39,415 nucleotides of DNA from assembly GCA_051382305.1 (NCBI GenBank), contig JBBCAV010000338.1, positions 1 through 39,415 on the forward strand, given 5' to 3'. How positions within the stretch are numbered: the first letter of the stretch is position 1; every line of letters starts with the position of its first letter. A program made the translations under genes and the position numbers. This document shows, one piece after another, positions 8,389 to 17,772 of this stretch. Below the pieces are notes generated by a model that saw nothing but the letters and a program-made list of their open reading frames with translations, made no database searches and was not told the DNA's origin. Source of the DNA: Bdellovibrionota bacterium FG-2. GTDB taxonomy: Bacteria > Bdellovibrionota > UBA1018.

Positions 8389-8901
8389 ATGCTTAAACCC
8401 TCTGACTGGATCCTTGAACCTCATTCCTGCCCTGGTTTCAAAAAATACGAGCTCGTCTCACATGTCGAAAAGCTCCCGACGATTCATCACACCGAATACA
8501 TTCACATCGAGACGCCCAAACGCTACGGACTACTGAACATCACGGAACACATTGAGCACATTTTGGATCGCTCAAAAGTAATAGATGGGTTGTGCTTTGT
8601 GAGTGTCATGCACATCACAGCGGGCGTTTATGTGAACGATGCCGAGAGCGGACTACTCAATGACATTGCGAAGTGGCTTGAAAACCTCGCACCTTACGGC
8701 CAACCGTATGCGCACCATCAAACCGGTGAGGACAACGGAGACGCGCATCTCAAGAGTTATCTGACGAATCATTCGCTCACGGCGCCTGTTACCCATGGGC
8801 ACCTAGATTTCGGAACCTGGCAGCAAATATTCTATGCAGAATTTGATGGCTGCCGAAACAAGCGCGTGCTCGTGAAAATCACGGGTCTGGCTAAGAACTA
8901 G
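8389..8901 (+). CDS. yjbQ: YjbQ/UPF0047 family protein
   Basis: HITAGVYVND, GEDNGDAHLKS and GTWQQIFYAEFDG motifs. Start reassigned to ATG 8389 because the upstream part of the ORF-track call is tRNA antisense. Confidence 0.88.
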   Translation: MLKPSDWILEPHSCPGFKKYELVSHVEKLPTIHHTEYIHIETPKRYGLLNITEHIEHILDRSKVIDGLCFVSVMHITAGVYVNDAESGLLNDIAKWLENLAPYGQPYAHHQTGEDNGDAHLKSYLTNHSLTAPVTHGHLDFGTWQQIFYAEFDGCRNKRVLVKITGLAKN

Positions 8902-10219
8902 TCTCATCAAGATCAGAATAATCGGTCTCCTGAGAATATTTCGGATCCAAATCCACAGAGCGACCGTCCACACTGCCCTCTAAACCCGCGTAGAGCGCCA
9001 ACACTTCAGAATCCGCGCGAATCGATGCAGGCGTCCACCCCGTAATAAACAGCCCTTTTCCAGAGCGAACGCGCGAGAGCGCCGTATACGCATGCCCTGG
9101 CTCCCAGAGGCCCCGTAAATCCATCACGACGCGATCCAAGGTACATCCCTGACTCTTATGAATCGTTGTGGCCCAAGCAAGATTCAGGGGGAAGTTGGTC
9201 GCGCTCGCGATCTCAACTCCTTCGGCGTTTACGTGTTTGAACGTCGCAGGAACAATTTCTTCATCATCGCCCTCGGAAAGCTCCACAATAATTGCTTCAT
9301 CGTGAATTTTCCTAACCGTTGCGAGGCTTCCATTCACCCAACGACCGGAGGGGTCATTTTGCCGAATCATGACCAGGGCGCCCTCTTTAAGCTGCAACAC
9401 CTCGGGGATCGGCGCGTTGCGCTTTAAGGCTTCGATTCCCGCCTTCTCGCCACTGTATTGTGTTTCGAGCGAAAGAACTTTGCCGCGAACGTTTTCTAAT
9501 TTCTTTAAATTAAAATTCTCAACCGTTGCTCGATGCGGAAAGAGGTGAGTACAGCCCTCCTTTTCACCGACACTAATTCTCCGTGCGTCCAAATAATCGG
9601 CCACTTCGGGGGTCGAACGCCCGTGCCTTACCTCATTGAGAATCGCTAAAAACTCAGCCTCGCGTGACCGGACAATTTCGCGTAAGTAAGCGGGCTTGAA
9701 CCCCGAGTCCTTCCACACATTGGAGCGAAAAGCCCAATCACGGTTCCCCTTGGCATCAGGAACCGGCGGCAGCTGCGCGAAATCACCCACCACATGAACC
9801 TTAAGCCCCCCCCAAGGTCTCGGATCTTTACGGCCCAAGCGCGCAACTTTTTCGGCGGCCTCAAGATCAGTGCCGCGAAGCATAGAGATTTCATCGATGA
9901 TGACTTCTTCGGCTTTTCGAATTCGTTTAACGACGGGTTTGCGCGCAAGTGCCGCCTCAACCGCTTTTTCGGGTCCTCCTTCGAGAATTCCCAATCCAAA
10001 AAAACTATGAAACGTTCGTCCGCCAATCAAGACCGCAGCCGCCCCCGTGGAAGCCAAAATCACGGGGTTTTTTGAGAAATTGTTAATATAATGCCCAATT
10101 AGATGAGATTTTCCAGTGCCCGCAAGCCCCGTCAAAAAAACACAAACGTTTGCCTTAAGAAGCTCAAGGGCGTCTTCTTGGCAGGAACTGAGTTTTTTGA
10201 CCCGAGATTTGGCACACAT
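8891..10219 (-). CDS. Pif1-like SF1B DNA helicase
   Basis: TGLAGTGKS, ASTGAAA, TFHSFFG, IIDEISM, GDFAQLPPV, WATTIHKSQG and YTALSRV motifs. Confidence 0.9.
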   Translation of the reverse strand: MCAKSRVKKLSSCQEDALELLKANVCVFLTGLAGTGKSHLIGHYINNFSKNPVILASTGAAAVLIGGRTFHSFFGLGILEGGPEKAVEAALARKPVVKRIRKAEEVIIDEISMLRGTDLEAAEKVARLGRKDPRPWGGLKVHVVGDFAQLPPVPDAKGNRDWAFRSNVWKDSGFKPAYLREIVRSREAEFLAILNEVRHGRSTPEVADYLDARRISVGEKEGCTHLFPHRATVENFNLKKLENVRGKVLSLETQYSGEKAGIEALKRNAPIPEVLQLKEGALVMIRQNDPSGRWVNGSLATVRKIHDEAIIVELSEGDDEEIVPATFKHVNAEGVEIASATNFPLNLAWATTIHKSQGCTLDRVVMDLRGLWEPGHAYTALSRVRSGKGLFITGWTPASIRADSEVLALYAGLEGSVDGRSVDLDPKYSQETDYSDLDETSS

Positions 10220-10305
10220 ACTCTTAAACGACTATCAAGATGGGGCCGTATCAGCAATACGCGATTGCATCTTCTTTGGGTCTCAAGTTATTGATGGGAG
10301 TAACA

Positions 10306-11199
10306 ATGGGAAATTCCTCAGATCCTCAGTTCCAAGACAAATGCATTAGATGCCTCTCTGTAGGGGGCAACCTCATGGCAACCGCGATTCGTGCGCCCAA
10401 CCTTGTTCAAGAGGCCGCTCGCCGCCACAAACTTGCGCCAATCGAAAGTCAACTTCTCGGAGAGGCACTCATGGGGGGAATCCTCCTTGCGTCCGGCTGC
10501 AAGACCGAAGACCGCGTGAGCTTGTCCGTTAAAGCTCCTGGTTTTTTCAAGCAGGCCGTCGTCGATGCGCTGCCCACCGGGAAGGTGAGGGGGTTTCTTA
10601 CAACACGAGAAGCAACGGGTTTCACTCGAGAACCCGAGATAGCCCCTTGGCATGAAGGGACGCTCTCTGTCGTACGCATGAGACTCGATCAAAAGGAACC
10701 CTATGTAGGAACCGTGCCCGCAATCACAGGCCACCTTGCGAAGGATCTCACCTTTTACCTCACTCAGTCCGAGCAAATTCCCTCTGCTGTTGGACTTGCT
10801 ACCGTGCTTGACCCCCAGAGTGGTTTGGTCAAGACGGCCGGGGCATTTTTGATACAGGTGCTTGCTGGGGCCTCGCACAAGGACATTTCAACGGTTGAAA
10901 ATAACCTCCACGAACTCCACTCACTCGCCTCAGAATTGATTGAGGATCAGGACCCCATCCATCTCCTGGGTAAGCTTTTTAGTGACCTGACTTTTGTCCT
11001 TCTAGAAGAGCGCCCACTTCACTACGAATGCACTTGTTCCAGAGAGCGTATCCTTTCAGCCATCGCCCTTCTCGGAAAAATGGAGCTTGAAGACATGATT
11101 GAAAAAGACAATGGAGCCGAAGTCGGTTGTGATTTTTGTGGAAACCAGTTTCAAATTACTGCCACAGAATTGAAAGGCCTAATTGGACGCACTCCCTAA
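10306..11199 (+). CDS. hslO: Hsp33 redox-regulated chaperone
   Basis: YLTQSEQIPSAVGL motif and CTC...CDFC zinc centre; start at ATG 10306 after GGAG. Confidence 0.93.
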   Translation: MGNSSDPQFQDKCIRCLSVGGNLMATAIRAPNLVQEAARRHKLAPIESQLLGEALMGGILLASGCKTEDRVSLSVKAPGFFKQAVVDALPTGKVRGFLTTREATGFTREPEIAPWHEGTLSVVRMRLDQKEPYVGTVPAITGHLAKDLTFYLTQSEQIPSAVGLATVLDPQSGLVKTAGAFLIQVLAGASHKDISTVENNLHELHSLASELIEDQDPIHLLGKLFSDLTFVLLEERPLHYECTCSRERILSAIALLGKMELEDMIEKDNGAEVGCDFCGNQFQITATELKGLIGRTP

Positions 11200-11542
11200 A
11201 CCGCTTCGCTTGAGCATGATTTGCCTTCACCTCTGCGCCGCCTGCTATGTGGGTTTTGGCGCAACACTTCTTTTTGTAATTTGGGCAAGAAACGCCACCC
11301 AAACAATGCCGGGAGCGAACCCCTGGGTGGCTTCTGCCTTTGGAATGTTTCTCATTTTCTTCGCGCTCCTCATCGAGGGCTTAATTATGGGGCTCAAGAA
11401 AAGAAACGTTACGATCCGATTCGTAACTCAGCTTCTTTGCCTTCTGCTGATTCTTTCGCCTCTTTTTCCTCTCGCTATTCCGGCAATTTGGGGCCTTCGC
11501 TCGGCACCTTCCCGGCTCTGGTTTGAAAAAACCGTGGGTTGA
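11183..11542 (+). CDS. Small membrane protein of unknown function
   Basis: Three or four hydrophobic segments; overlaps the hslO stop. Start uncertain. Confidence 0.6.
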   Translation: MDALPKPLRLSMICLHLCAACYVGFGATLLFVIWARNATQTMPGANPWVASAFGMFLIFFALLIEGLIMGLKKRNVTIRFVTQLLCLLLILSPLFPLAIPAIWGLRSAPSRLWFEKTVG

Positions 11543-11844
11543 TTTACCAAGAGCCTCACGATACGCTACCAGCAAATGCGCAAATCACAAATCGGCTGTA
11601 CTTTAGTTGCCTTAGCGGGCTTTTTGTCAGTTCCGAGGTGGGAGCGGCCCAAATCAAAGTGGCACCAACCCCGGGGGGGGTAACTCCACAAGGGGGTTAA
11701 AAAACGAATACTTAGCATCACCCTGAAAACAGGTCCCATTTTCAAACTATGGAAATTCCTTAATGAATGATCTCTAACTTTGAATTCATTGACCATTTCG
11801 CTATAGTCTCGAAAGTATTAACAAACTACTGAAGGAGAAATCTC

Positions 11845-12210
11845 GTGAAAACTGTTTTTCGTAATTCTAGTCTCATCCTAGTTGTCTCTTTTATGGGCTT
11901 TTCTACATTCGCCCTAGCCGGTGGCCAAAAAAGCTCCCCCGAAGCAATCAAAGAAGGCAGCGCCTTGTTTGCTACTAACTGTGCTTCTTGCCACGGTGAA
12001 AAAGCGGACGGTAAAGGTACTGCCGCAGCAGGCGGCGCCATGAAGCCCGCAAATCTCATGACATTCAAAAGCTCGCCTCAGAAGCTTTTTGATATCATCA
12101 CTAAGGGCAAGAAAGACACAATGATGCCCGGCTTCGACTATCTCACAGAAAAGGATCGCTGGGCCATCACGTTCTATGTCGGGAGCCTTTCCAAAAAATC
12201 GAAAAAATAG
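11845..12210 (+). CDS. Periplasmic monoheme cytochrome c
   Basis: Signal peptide, CASCH heme motif, distal MMPGF, and SD AAGGAG upstream. Confidence 0.92.
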   Translation: MKTVFRNSSLILVVSFMGFSTFALAGGQKSSPEAIKEGSALFATNCASCHGEKADGKGTAAAGGAMKPANLMTFKSSPQKLFDIITKGKKDTMMPGFDYLTEKDRWAITFYVGSLSKKSKK

Positions 12211-12239
12211 CCTTTTCGTTTTTTCTGATCCAGGGAGCG

Positions 12240-12277
12240 GGGGCGAACTCCTTCACATGAGTTCGCCCCACATTTTT
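12240..12277 (+). terminator. Intra-operon hairpin (weak terminator or mRNA stabiliser)
   Basis: ggggcgaactc-cttcacat-gagttcgcccc is a perfect 11-bp stem followed by acattttt. Confidence 0.5.
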
Positions 12278-12292
12278 GTAAAAGGGGCCTGT

Positions 12293-12847
12293 ATGCAACA
12301 CCACGACTCCAGCAATAAGCCGCAAATTTCAGTTCAAGACTTTCTTGGGCGCCGTTCATTTTTGAGCATTCTCATTGCGATCGGGGGTGCAGTCGTAACC
12401 GGCCTTCTTTCGGTCCCCATTGTGCGTTATATTTTTTATCCGGTATTTGCAAAAACCACCGAAATCGGTTGGTCAGAAGTGGGACCCTCTTCTGATTTTA
12501 TCTCTCTCTCCAAGCCTGTAAAAAAAGTGATTCGCGTTGAACAGCGTGACGGCTGGCGAAAAATAATTTCAGAAAAAGCTGTTTACGTTGCGCGAACCTC
12601 GCAAGGGGAGCTTCGCGCGCTCTCTCCCATCTGCCCCCATCTTGGGTGCCCCATTGGCTGGAGCGATGACCTCAATCAATTTAAGTGCCCCTGTCATATG
12701 GGAACTTTCTCGCCTGATGGCACGTGGGTTTCAGGACCCCCTCCTCGCGGCATGGATAGCCTCGAAACGAAGAACGTGGATGGGAAACTTATGGTTAAGT
12801 ACGAATATTTTCGCTCGCTCTCCGCTAAAAAAGAAGTGATGACCTAA
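12293..12847 (+). CDS. Rieske 2Fe-2S subunit of a cytochrome bc complex
   Basis: Tat motif GRRSFL, TM helix, CPHLGC and CPCH boxes, GPPPR; start at ATG 12293 after AAAGGGG. Confidence 0.93.
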   Translation: MQHHDSSNKPQISVQDFLGRRSFLSILIAIGGAVVTGLLSVPIVRYIFYPVFAKTTEIGWSEVGPSSDFISLSKPVKKVIRVEQRDGWRKIISEKAVYVARTSQGELRALSPICPHLGCPIGWSDDLNQFKCPCHMGTFSPDGTWVSGPPPRGMDSLETKNVDGKLMVKYEYFRSLSAKKEVMT

Positions 12848-12848
12848 T

Positions 12849-14276
12849 ATGAATACACTCAAAAAACTTTGGAGCTGGCTCGATCAGCGGGCAAACCTTA
12901 ACAACCTCCTGACCGTGGCGCTTAAGGAGCCCATCCCAGGCGGACCGAGTTGGGCCTATGTCTTTGGTTCTGGGTTAATTTTTATTTTCACGCTGCAGGC
13001 ACTAACGGGCGTTTTGCTCGCGCTCTACTACACACCTTCTGCGGACCACGCATATATTACCATCACGTATATTTCAAAAGAGGTTAGCTCAGGCTCATTG
13101 ATTCGCGGAATTCACTCCTATGGATCAAGTGCCATGGTGATTATGGTCGTCCTTCATTTAAGCCAGACCTTTCTTTGGGGCGCATACAAAGGCCGTCGCG
13201 AAATTCTTTGGCTTTCTGGCTGTGTTTTGCTGACGCTCATTCTAGGAATGTCCTTCACTGGATATCTCCTCCCTTGGGACCAGAAAGCCTATTTTGCAAC
13301 GGCCGTGGGAACCAGTGTCGCGGGTGAAGTTCCCTTTATCGGAGACCTCATTAAACGTTTCATGCGCGGCGGAAACGACATGGGGACCCTGACCCTTTCC
13401 CGTTTTTTTGCAGCCCACGTCCTGTTTATTCCAGCCCTTATTGCAGCTCTCATATCTGTGCACGTCTACCTTTTTAGACGCGCCGGGGCCGCGGGCCCAT
13501 TTACTGCCGACCCTCTCAAGCCCAAAGGGCGTGTGGGCTTTTTTTATCCAAATCAATTACTCATGGATATCGCTCTTGCTGCCCTCATTATCGCCGCACT
13601 CGCGTTCATTGCGGCAACCTACCCGGCCGAATTGGGGCCTCAAGCAAATCCCTCAGACACGCAGTTTCTCGGTCGTCCCGAGTGGTACTATCGTCCGATG
13701 TTTCAATGGCTGAAATATTGGAATTCTCCTTATACACTCATCGGAATCATGGTGATTCCTGCTATCGTGGGCGCACTCCTCGCGGGCGCTCCGTTTCTGG
13801 ATCGCAAACTAGAGCGGCGTCCCTGGAGACGTCCGATCCCTGTCGCGATCTATATCTTCGTACTCGGTGGCCTTACCTTTATGGGCTGGCAAAGCTATCA
13901 TGATGATGACAGTGTCCCCACGATCAAAGCCCAGCTCAAAGCGCAAGATGAAGAAACGCAGCGCACGATGAAAACCCCTTTTGAACCTGAAGTCGCGAGC
14001 ACACTCAAAGTTGATTCGACCTCCACGCAACTCTCCGCTGCTGCTGAGACAGGCAAAGGACTCTTTATACGAAACGCGTGCTTTGCGTGTCATGGACAAA
14101 ATGGCGTCGGAGGTCGTGGTCCTCGCCTGGTTGGGATCGGATCTCGAATGTCTTCTGATCAGGTTTTCGAACTCCTTCGACACCCCAGGCCCAGCATGCT
14201 CGCCGGTGGAATGATTCCCTCTCCGCTTAAAGATACGGACTTGAGAGCGTTGATTGAGTATTTGAAGAGTCTCTAA
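12849..14276 (+). CDS. Cytochrome b fused to a C-terminal cytochrome c domain
   Basis: Heme-ligand His pairs (HSYGS..LHL; AHV..VHV), GYLLPWDQ, PEWY, and C-terminal CFACH with a distal Met. Confidence 0.92.
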   Translation: MNTLKKLWSWLDQRANLNNLLTVALKEPIPGGPSWAYVFGSGLIFIFTLQALTGVLLALYYTPSADHAYITITYISKEVSSGSLIRGIHSYGSSAMVIMVVLHLSQTFLWGAYKGRREILWLSGCVLLTLILGMSFTGYLLPWDQKAYFATAVGTSVAGEVPFIGDLIKRFMRGGNDMGTLTLSRFFAAHVLFIPALIAALISVHVYLFRRAGAAGPFTADPLKPKGRVGFFYPNQLLMDIALAALIIAALAFIAATYPAELGPQANPSDTQFLGRPEWYYRPMFQWLKYWNSPYTLIGIMVIPAIVGALLAGAPFLDRKLERRPWRRPIPVAIYIFVLGGLTFMGWQSYHDDDSVPTIKAQLKAQDEETQRTMKTPFEPEVASTLKVDSTSTQLSAAAETGKGLFIRNACFACHGQNGVGGRGPRLVGIGSRMSSDQVFELLRHPRPSMLAGGMIPSPLKDTDLRALIEYLKSL

Positions 14277-14388
14277 GTGGTGTCATTCAAGCACACCCAG
14301 AGACTTTTTTCATTTTCAGACTAAAATGGATCGTTCGGTGTTTAGCGATATTTTCCAGTAAAGTGGGCACAGAATCTATTTATTCCCC

Positions 14389-14405
14389 TTGGCACAACTC
14401 ATGCT
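14389..14405 (+). promoter_or_regulatory. Candidate sigma54 (-24/-12) promoter
   Basis: TTGGCAC-AACTC-ATGCT has the correct GG-N10-GC spacing and lies 64 nt upstream of ATG 14469. Confidence 0.55.
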
Positions 14406-14468
14406 CAAATAATTGACGGTGGGACCAAGAAGGTCCCAAAAGGTCCAAAACAAAAAGGAGGGACGTAG

Positions 14469-14807
14469 ATGTTCAAGAATTATCTTAGCTACCAGTTTGC
14501 TCAGGGCTTTGATCGCGCCTGTCGCGCTTCAGAAGTGTCTACAAGCGTAAAAGAAAAGCTGGTTCGAAGTTCTGAGAAGATGCTAGATCATTTTGCAAAA
14601 AGCCTCACAGCAAAAGACTCCAGCGAAGAAGCGAAATTCTTCTTTGTCTCACTACTTTGTCTTCGAGATTGTCGGGATATTCTAAATGAATCTGGACTCA
14701 TCGTGCCAGAGATCCAATCCAAGTACGATGTCCTCCACCGAAGACTTGAGCAGCTTTGCCTTTCCGGATGCAAGTCCGAAAGAAACCAGCTTCGACTCTT
14801 GGGATAG
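14469..14807 (+). CDS. Divergent four-helix-bundle family protein
   Basis: Pattern F..YQFA..F.R...KL.RSS...KFF.VSL..LRDC recalls the four-helix-bundle (IVS/bAvd-like) family; strong SD AAGGAGG. Confidence 0.55.
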   Translation: MFKNYLSYQFAQGFDRACRASEVSTSVKEKLVRSSEKMLDHFAKSLTAKDSSEEAKFFFVSLLCLRDCRDILNESGLIVPEIQSKYDVLHRRLEQLCLSGCKSERNQLRLLG

Positions 14808-14825
14808 TCTTGGATTGGTTTGAGG

Positions 14826-15455
14826 CTAAAGATCTTTCAGCAATTCACTAACATGCTCATAGCCCAGCGCCTTAGCAAGAGAATGAAGTGTGAGAATTCG
14901 CGGATTACTCCTACCAGAGAGAATCTCGCGGAGAGTCGATCGAGCCACGCTCGCCTCAGATGCCAGCCAATCAGAAGACTTTCCTTTTTCTTGAAGCTTT
15001 TTGGTAATTCGTGCGCCAAGCTTCTTCAAAAGTACCCTCTCAGAAGTTGCAAGTACGAATCCTTCTTGTGGCGGGGTTCCCTCTTTCGCTAAGCCTGAAC
15101 CCAGTATCTTGTTGATTGCGGCAAAGAAGCGCCCCAGTTCGATGGGCTTTGCGATAACATCAGAAACAGGGTGCTTAATATCCTTAGCTTCTACTGCAGA
15201 AACAATGATGACCGGAATCCGTGAAGCACTCGCCTCTCTATAGAGTTCATCTAAAAACTCCCAACCCGTCATTACCGGCATCATAAGATCCAAAATAATA
15301 AGCTCAGGTTTGGGTGAAGCCACCTGCAAGTGATTCAAAGCCTCACGACCATTGGCCGCAAGGCTCGTATTGAACCCTCGCATCAAAAGTGCCTCACTAA
15401 GGCTTTCACGAATAGCCGCATCATCTTCAACGATTAAAATAGATTGTTTTTCCAT
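14826..15455 (-). CDS. Response regulator: receiver domain plus C-terminal XRE-type HTH
   Basis: ILIVEDD, LDLMMP (phospho-Asp), VSA and KP motifs, then WLASEASVARSTLREILSGRSNPRILTLHSLAKALG. Confidence 0.88.
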   Translation of the reverse strand: MEKQSILIVEDDAAIRESLSEALLMRGFNTSLAANGREALNHLQVASPKPELIILDLMMPVMTGWEFLDELYREASASRIPVIIVSAVEAKDIKHPVSDVIAKPIELGRFFAAINKILGSGLAKEGTPPQEGFVLATSERVLLKKLGARITKKLQEKGKSSDWLASEASVARSTLREILSGRSNPRILTLHSLAKALGYEHVSELLKDL

Positions 15456-15547
15456 AGATATTAGTGCCTTCGAACTTACCTAATCGATTGCATTGTTTCA
15501 AGCGACAAAAGCAGACTAAATTAGCCGGAAAACCCAGCTTTCATTCA

Positions 15548-15576
15548 TTGACGGAATCACAAAAACCCTTCAAACT
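15548..15576 (+). promoter_or_regulatory. Candidate sigma70 promoter giving a leaderless hemerythrin mRNA
   Basis: TTGACG-17 bp-CAAACT, with ATG 7 nt downstream and no SD. Confidence 0.55.
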
Positions 15577-15583
15577 GAGACAA

Positions 15584-16012
15584 ATGACCGACACCGCACA
15601 AAAACTAGCCGCTTTGCAGTGGGACGATAAATTTAGCGTTGGAAATACCGGCATCGATACCCAACACAAGCAGCTTATTTCTCTCATCAACGACCTAAGT
15701 GTCGCCTCGGCCACCGGAAAAGGGCGTGAGATTGTGGGCAAAACGCTTCTGGGGGTTGTCGATTACACCGTGACCCATTTCGCGTATGAAGAAAATCTCA
15801 TGCAGACTCAGGCCTACCCAGATTATGCGGCCCACAAAAAGCAACACGACGATCTCGTTCAACAGGCTTCCGTCCTTGTCGTGAAACAAAAAAGTGGCAC
15901 GACAATGATCTCCATTGAAGTCATGAATTTTCTTATGAACTGGCTCACCCACCACATCAACGGGACGGATAAGAAACTAGGCGCATTTCTACAAACACAA
16001 GGAATCAACTAG
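15584..16012 (+). CDS. Bacteriohemerythrin
   Basis: W...FSVG...IDTQH, HFAYEE, HKKQH and WLTHHINGTD di-iron motifs; start at ATG 15584. Confidence 0.93.
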   Translation: MTDTAQKLAALQWDDKFSVGNTGIDTQHKQLISLINDLSVASATGKGREIVGKTLLGVVDYTVTHFAYEENLMQTQAYPDYAAHKKQHDDLVQQASVLVVKQKSGTTMISIEVMNFLMNWLTHHINGTDKKLGAFLQTQGIN

Positions 16013-16018
16013 TTCCCT

Positions 16019-16885
16019 TTATTCTTTAAATACCGCCTTTTTAAAAATCCAAGACATCAGCCCCACCCTCATCCAGTCGGGGAGTAATCTCCCAACAAGA
16101 TGAAGCAACCAGGCATCGGCCCCAATGAGGGATCGCAAAGGAATCTTCTCACGTTCGCAAAGGTCGGCAATGAGCTTTGAAACTCGTGCGGGGTTTGCCA
16201 AGCGGATCGAAGACGTTTCAAAAGCCGTCCTGAGTGCTCGCGTTCGTTGCGTATACACGGAGGTCGGTAGGTTCGCTCCTTTTCCAAAAATGCAAGAACG
16301 TGCACTAAAATCCGTCTTAAACCCACCTGGCTGAATCAAGCCCACCTGCACTCCAAAAGGAGCAAGCTCAAAACGCAGCGACTCACTCATAGCCTCCAAC
16401 GCATGTTTTGAGGCACTATAACTTCCATAAAAAGGGATCGAATACAGCCCCACAATGCTACTCACGTTGAGTATTTTTCCCTTCGAGAGGCGAAGGAGGG
16501 GGAGTAGGTGTCGAATGAGAAAGGCAGGTCCAAAAAAATTCACATCAAACTGATACCGAAGCTGTTCGGGATCCTGGTCCTCGAGCGCCCCAAACAGTCC
16601 ATAGCCTGCGTTGTTGACCAAAACATCCAATTGGCCCTCAAACCGCTCCTTAAGGAGCCGGAAAACGGTATCGCAGCTCTGCGGATCCTCCAGATGCAAA
16701 TCAACTGCGAATAACTGCTTGTCCCACAACGAAGCCTGATCACTAAAAATCGCCTTAGCCCTCGCTTCGCCCCCCCGAACCCCTGCAATGACGCGGTGAC
16801 CACGCTTGAGCAATTCAGAAACCGCAAGGCGACCAAAACCACTTGAAGCGCCCGAAACAAGAATCACTTTAGAATACATCGGCAA
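16019..16885 (-). CDS. Short-chain dehydrogenase/reductase
   Basis: SGASSGFG, NNAG, YSASK and PGG motifs. Confidence 0.92.
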   Translation of the reverse strand: MPMYSKVILVSGASSGFGRLAVSELLKRGHRVIAGVRGGEARAKAIFSDQASLWDKQLFAVDLHLEDPQSCDTVFRLLKERFEGQLDVLVNNAGYGLFGALEDQDPEQLRYQFDVNFFGPAFLIRHLLPLLRLSKGKILNVSSIVGLYSIPFYGSYSASKHALEAMSESLRFELAPFGVQVGLIQPGGFKTDFSARSCIFGKGANLPTSVYTQRTRALRTAFETSSIRLANPARVSKLIADLCEREKIPLRSLIGADAWLLHLVGRLLPDWMRVGLMSWIFKKAVFKE

Positions 16886-16914
16886 TTGACTCCTTAAGTT
16901 GATTTACGGATAAT
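16886..16914 (+). promoter_or_regulatory. Candidate sigma70 promoter giving a leaderless PilZ-gene mRNA
   Basis: TTGACT-17 bp-GATAAT, with GTG 6 nt downstream and no SD. Confidence 0.6.
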
Positions 16915-16920
16915 TCAAAT

Positions 16921-17772
16921 GTGAAATACCACGTTTCCAAATTTTTAAAATCTCTTGCTTGGGTCTACATTAGTTTTCCTGTTAGCTACATTCTTCTTGT
17001 TGCTGTCTTCTTCAATGTACCTTTTGGCAAATGCATTCTCCTTCTCCTGGACCCCTTTTTCTACTTTGTAGCGATACTAGCAATGCTCGCCGGCTTCGGG
17101 TTTCGGGAGATGCGGCGCTGGAGTTGGTATATTTTTGTCACAGCTAATGTCTTGATTACCTACCACAGTGCACGGCTGGTTATTACTTCTGGGGAAACGA
17201 ACTACAAAGCCTTGGCTTTTTCCTTCTTGCTCGCACTCATCCTTGCAGTCACTTACAAAGTTTCAAATGAAATTCGCGTTCCCTATTTTTTTCCAAAAAT
17301 CAGGTGGTGGGAGAGTAATCCCCGATATCAATTGGCCGTTCCCTCTTCGCTTGAACGAAAAGACCCCAACCAAACAGATCCCAACGCAAAACATCTTGAG
17401 GGTGAGATTTTGGACCTCTCTGTCGGGGGAGTATTCATTAAGCTCAGACAAGAACTTAAAGCAGAAGAGGCAATCACTGTTCGCTTTTCAGCATTAGGAT
17501 TCCCGTTGGCACTCGATGGCACCGTCGTTTGGAAAACTCAAAGTACCGTCACTCATCCCAAAGGGGTTGGGATTAAGTTCTTAGCCGTGGGGAAGAAGGA
17601 GAGGCGAATCCTACACCTTGTCATGCGACAGCTTAGAAAAGTCGCAAGCCTCTATCGCAGATCGCGCTATCTCATCAGCCAAGAAGAATTCCTTAAGCGC
17701 GTCGCCGAAATTGAAGCTCAAACAACCCATCAGGCTCGCCAAATTCGTTCAGGCTCATGGTCCCACAAATAG
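16921..17772 (+). CDS. Membrane protein with a C-terminal PilZ domain
   Basis: About four TM helices, then PRY...DLSVGG...VVW...GVGIKF PilZ pattern. Confidence 0.8.
   Translation: MKYHVSKFLKSLAWVYISFPVSYILLVAVFFNVPFGKCILLLLDPFFYFVAILAMLAGFGFREMRRWSWYIFVTANVLITYHSARLVITSGETNYKALAFSFLLALILAVTYKVSNEIRVPYFFPKIRWWESNPRYQLAVPSSLERKDPNQTDPNAKHLEGEILDLSVGGVFIKLRQELKAEEAITVRFSALGFPLALDGTVVWKTQSTVTHPKGVGIKFLAVGKKERRILHLVMRQLRKVASLYRRSRYLISQEEFLKRVAEIEAQTTHQARQIRSGSWSHK

Noticed and set aside
11668-11698. G8 tract and G/C-rich inverted segments upstream of the cytochrome operon
   Set aside because: About 100 bp from the candidate promoter (11780-11807) and matches no riboswitch I recognise; phase variation or an ncRNA cannot be supported.
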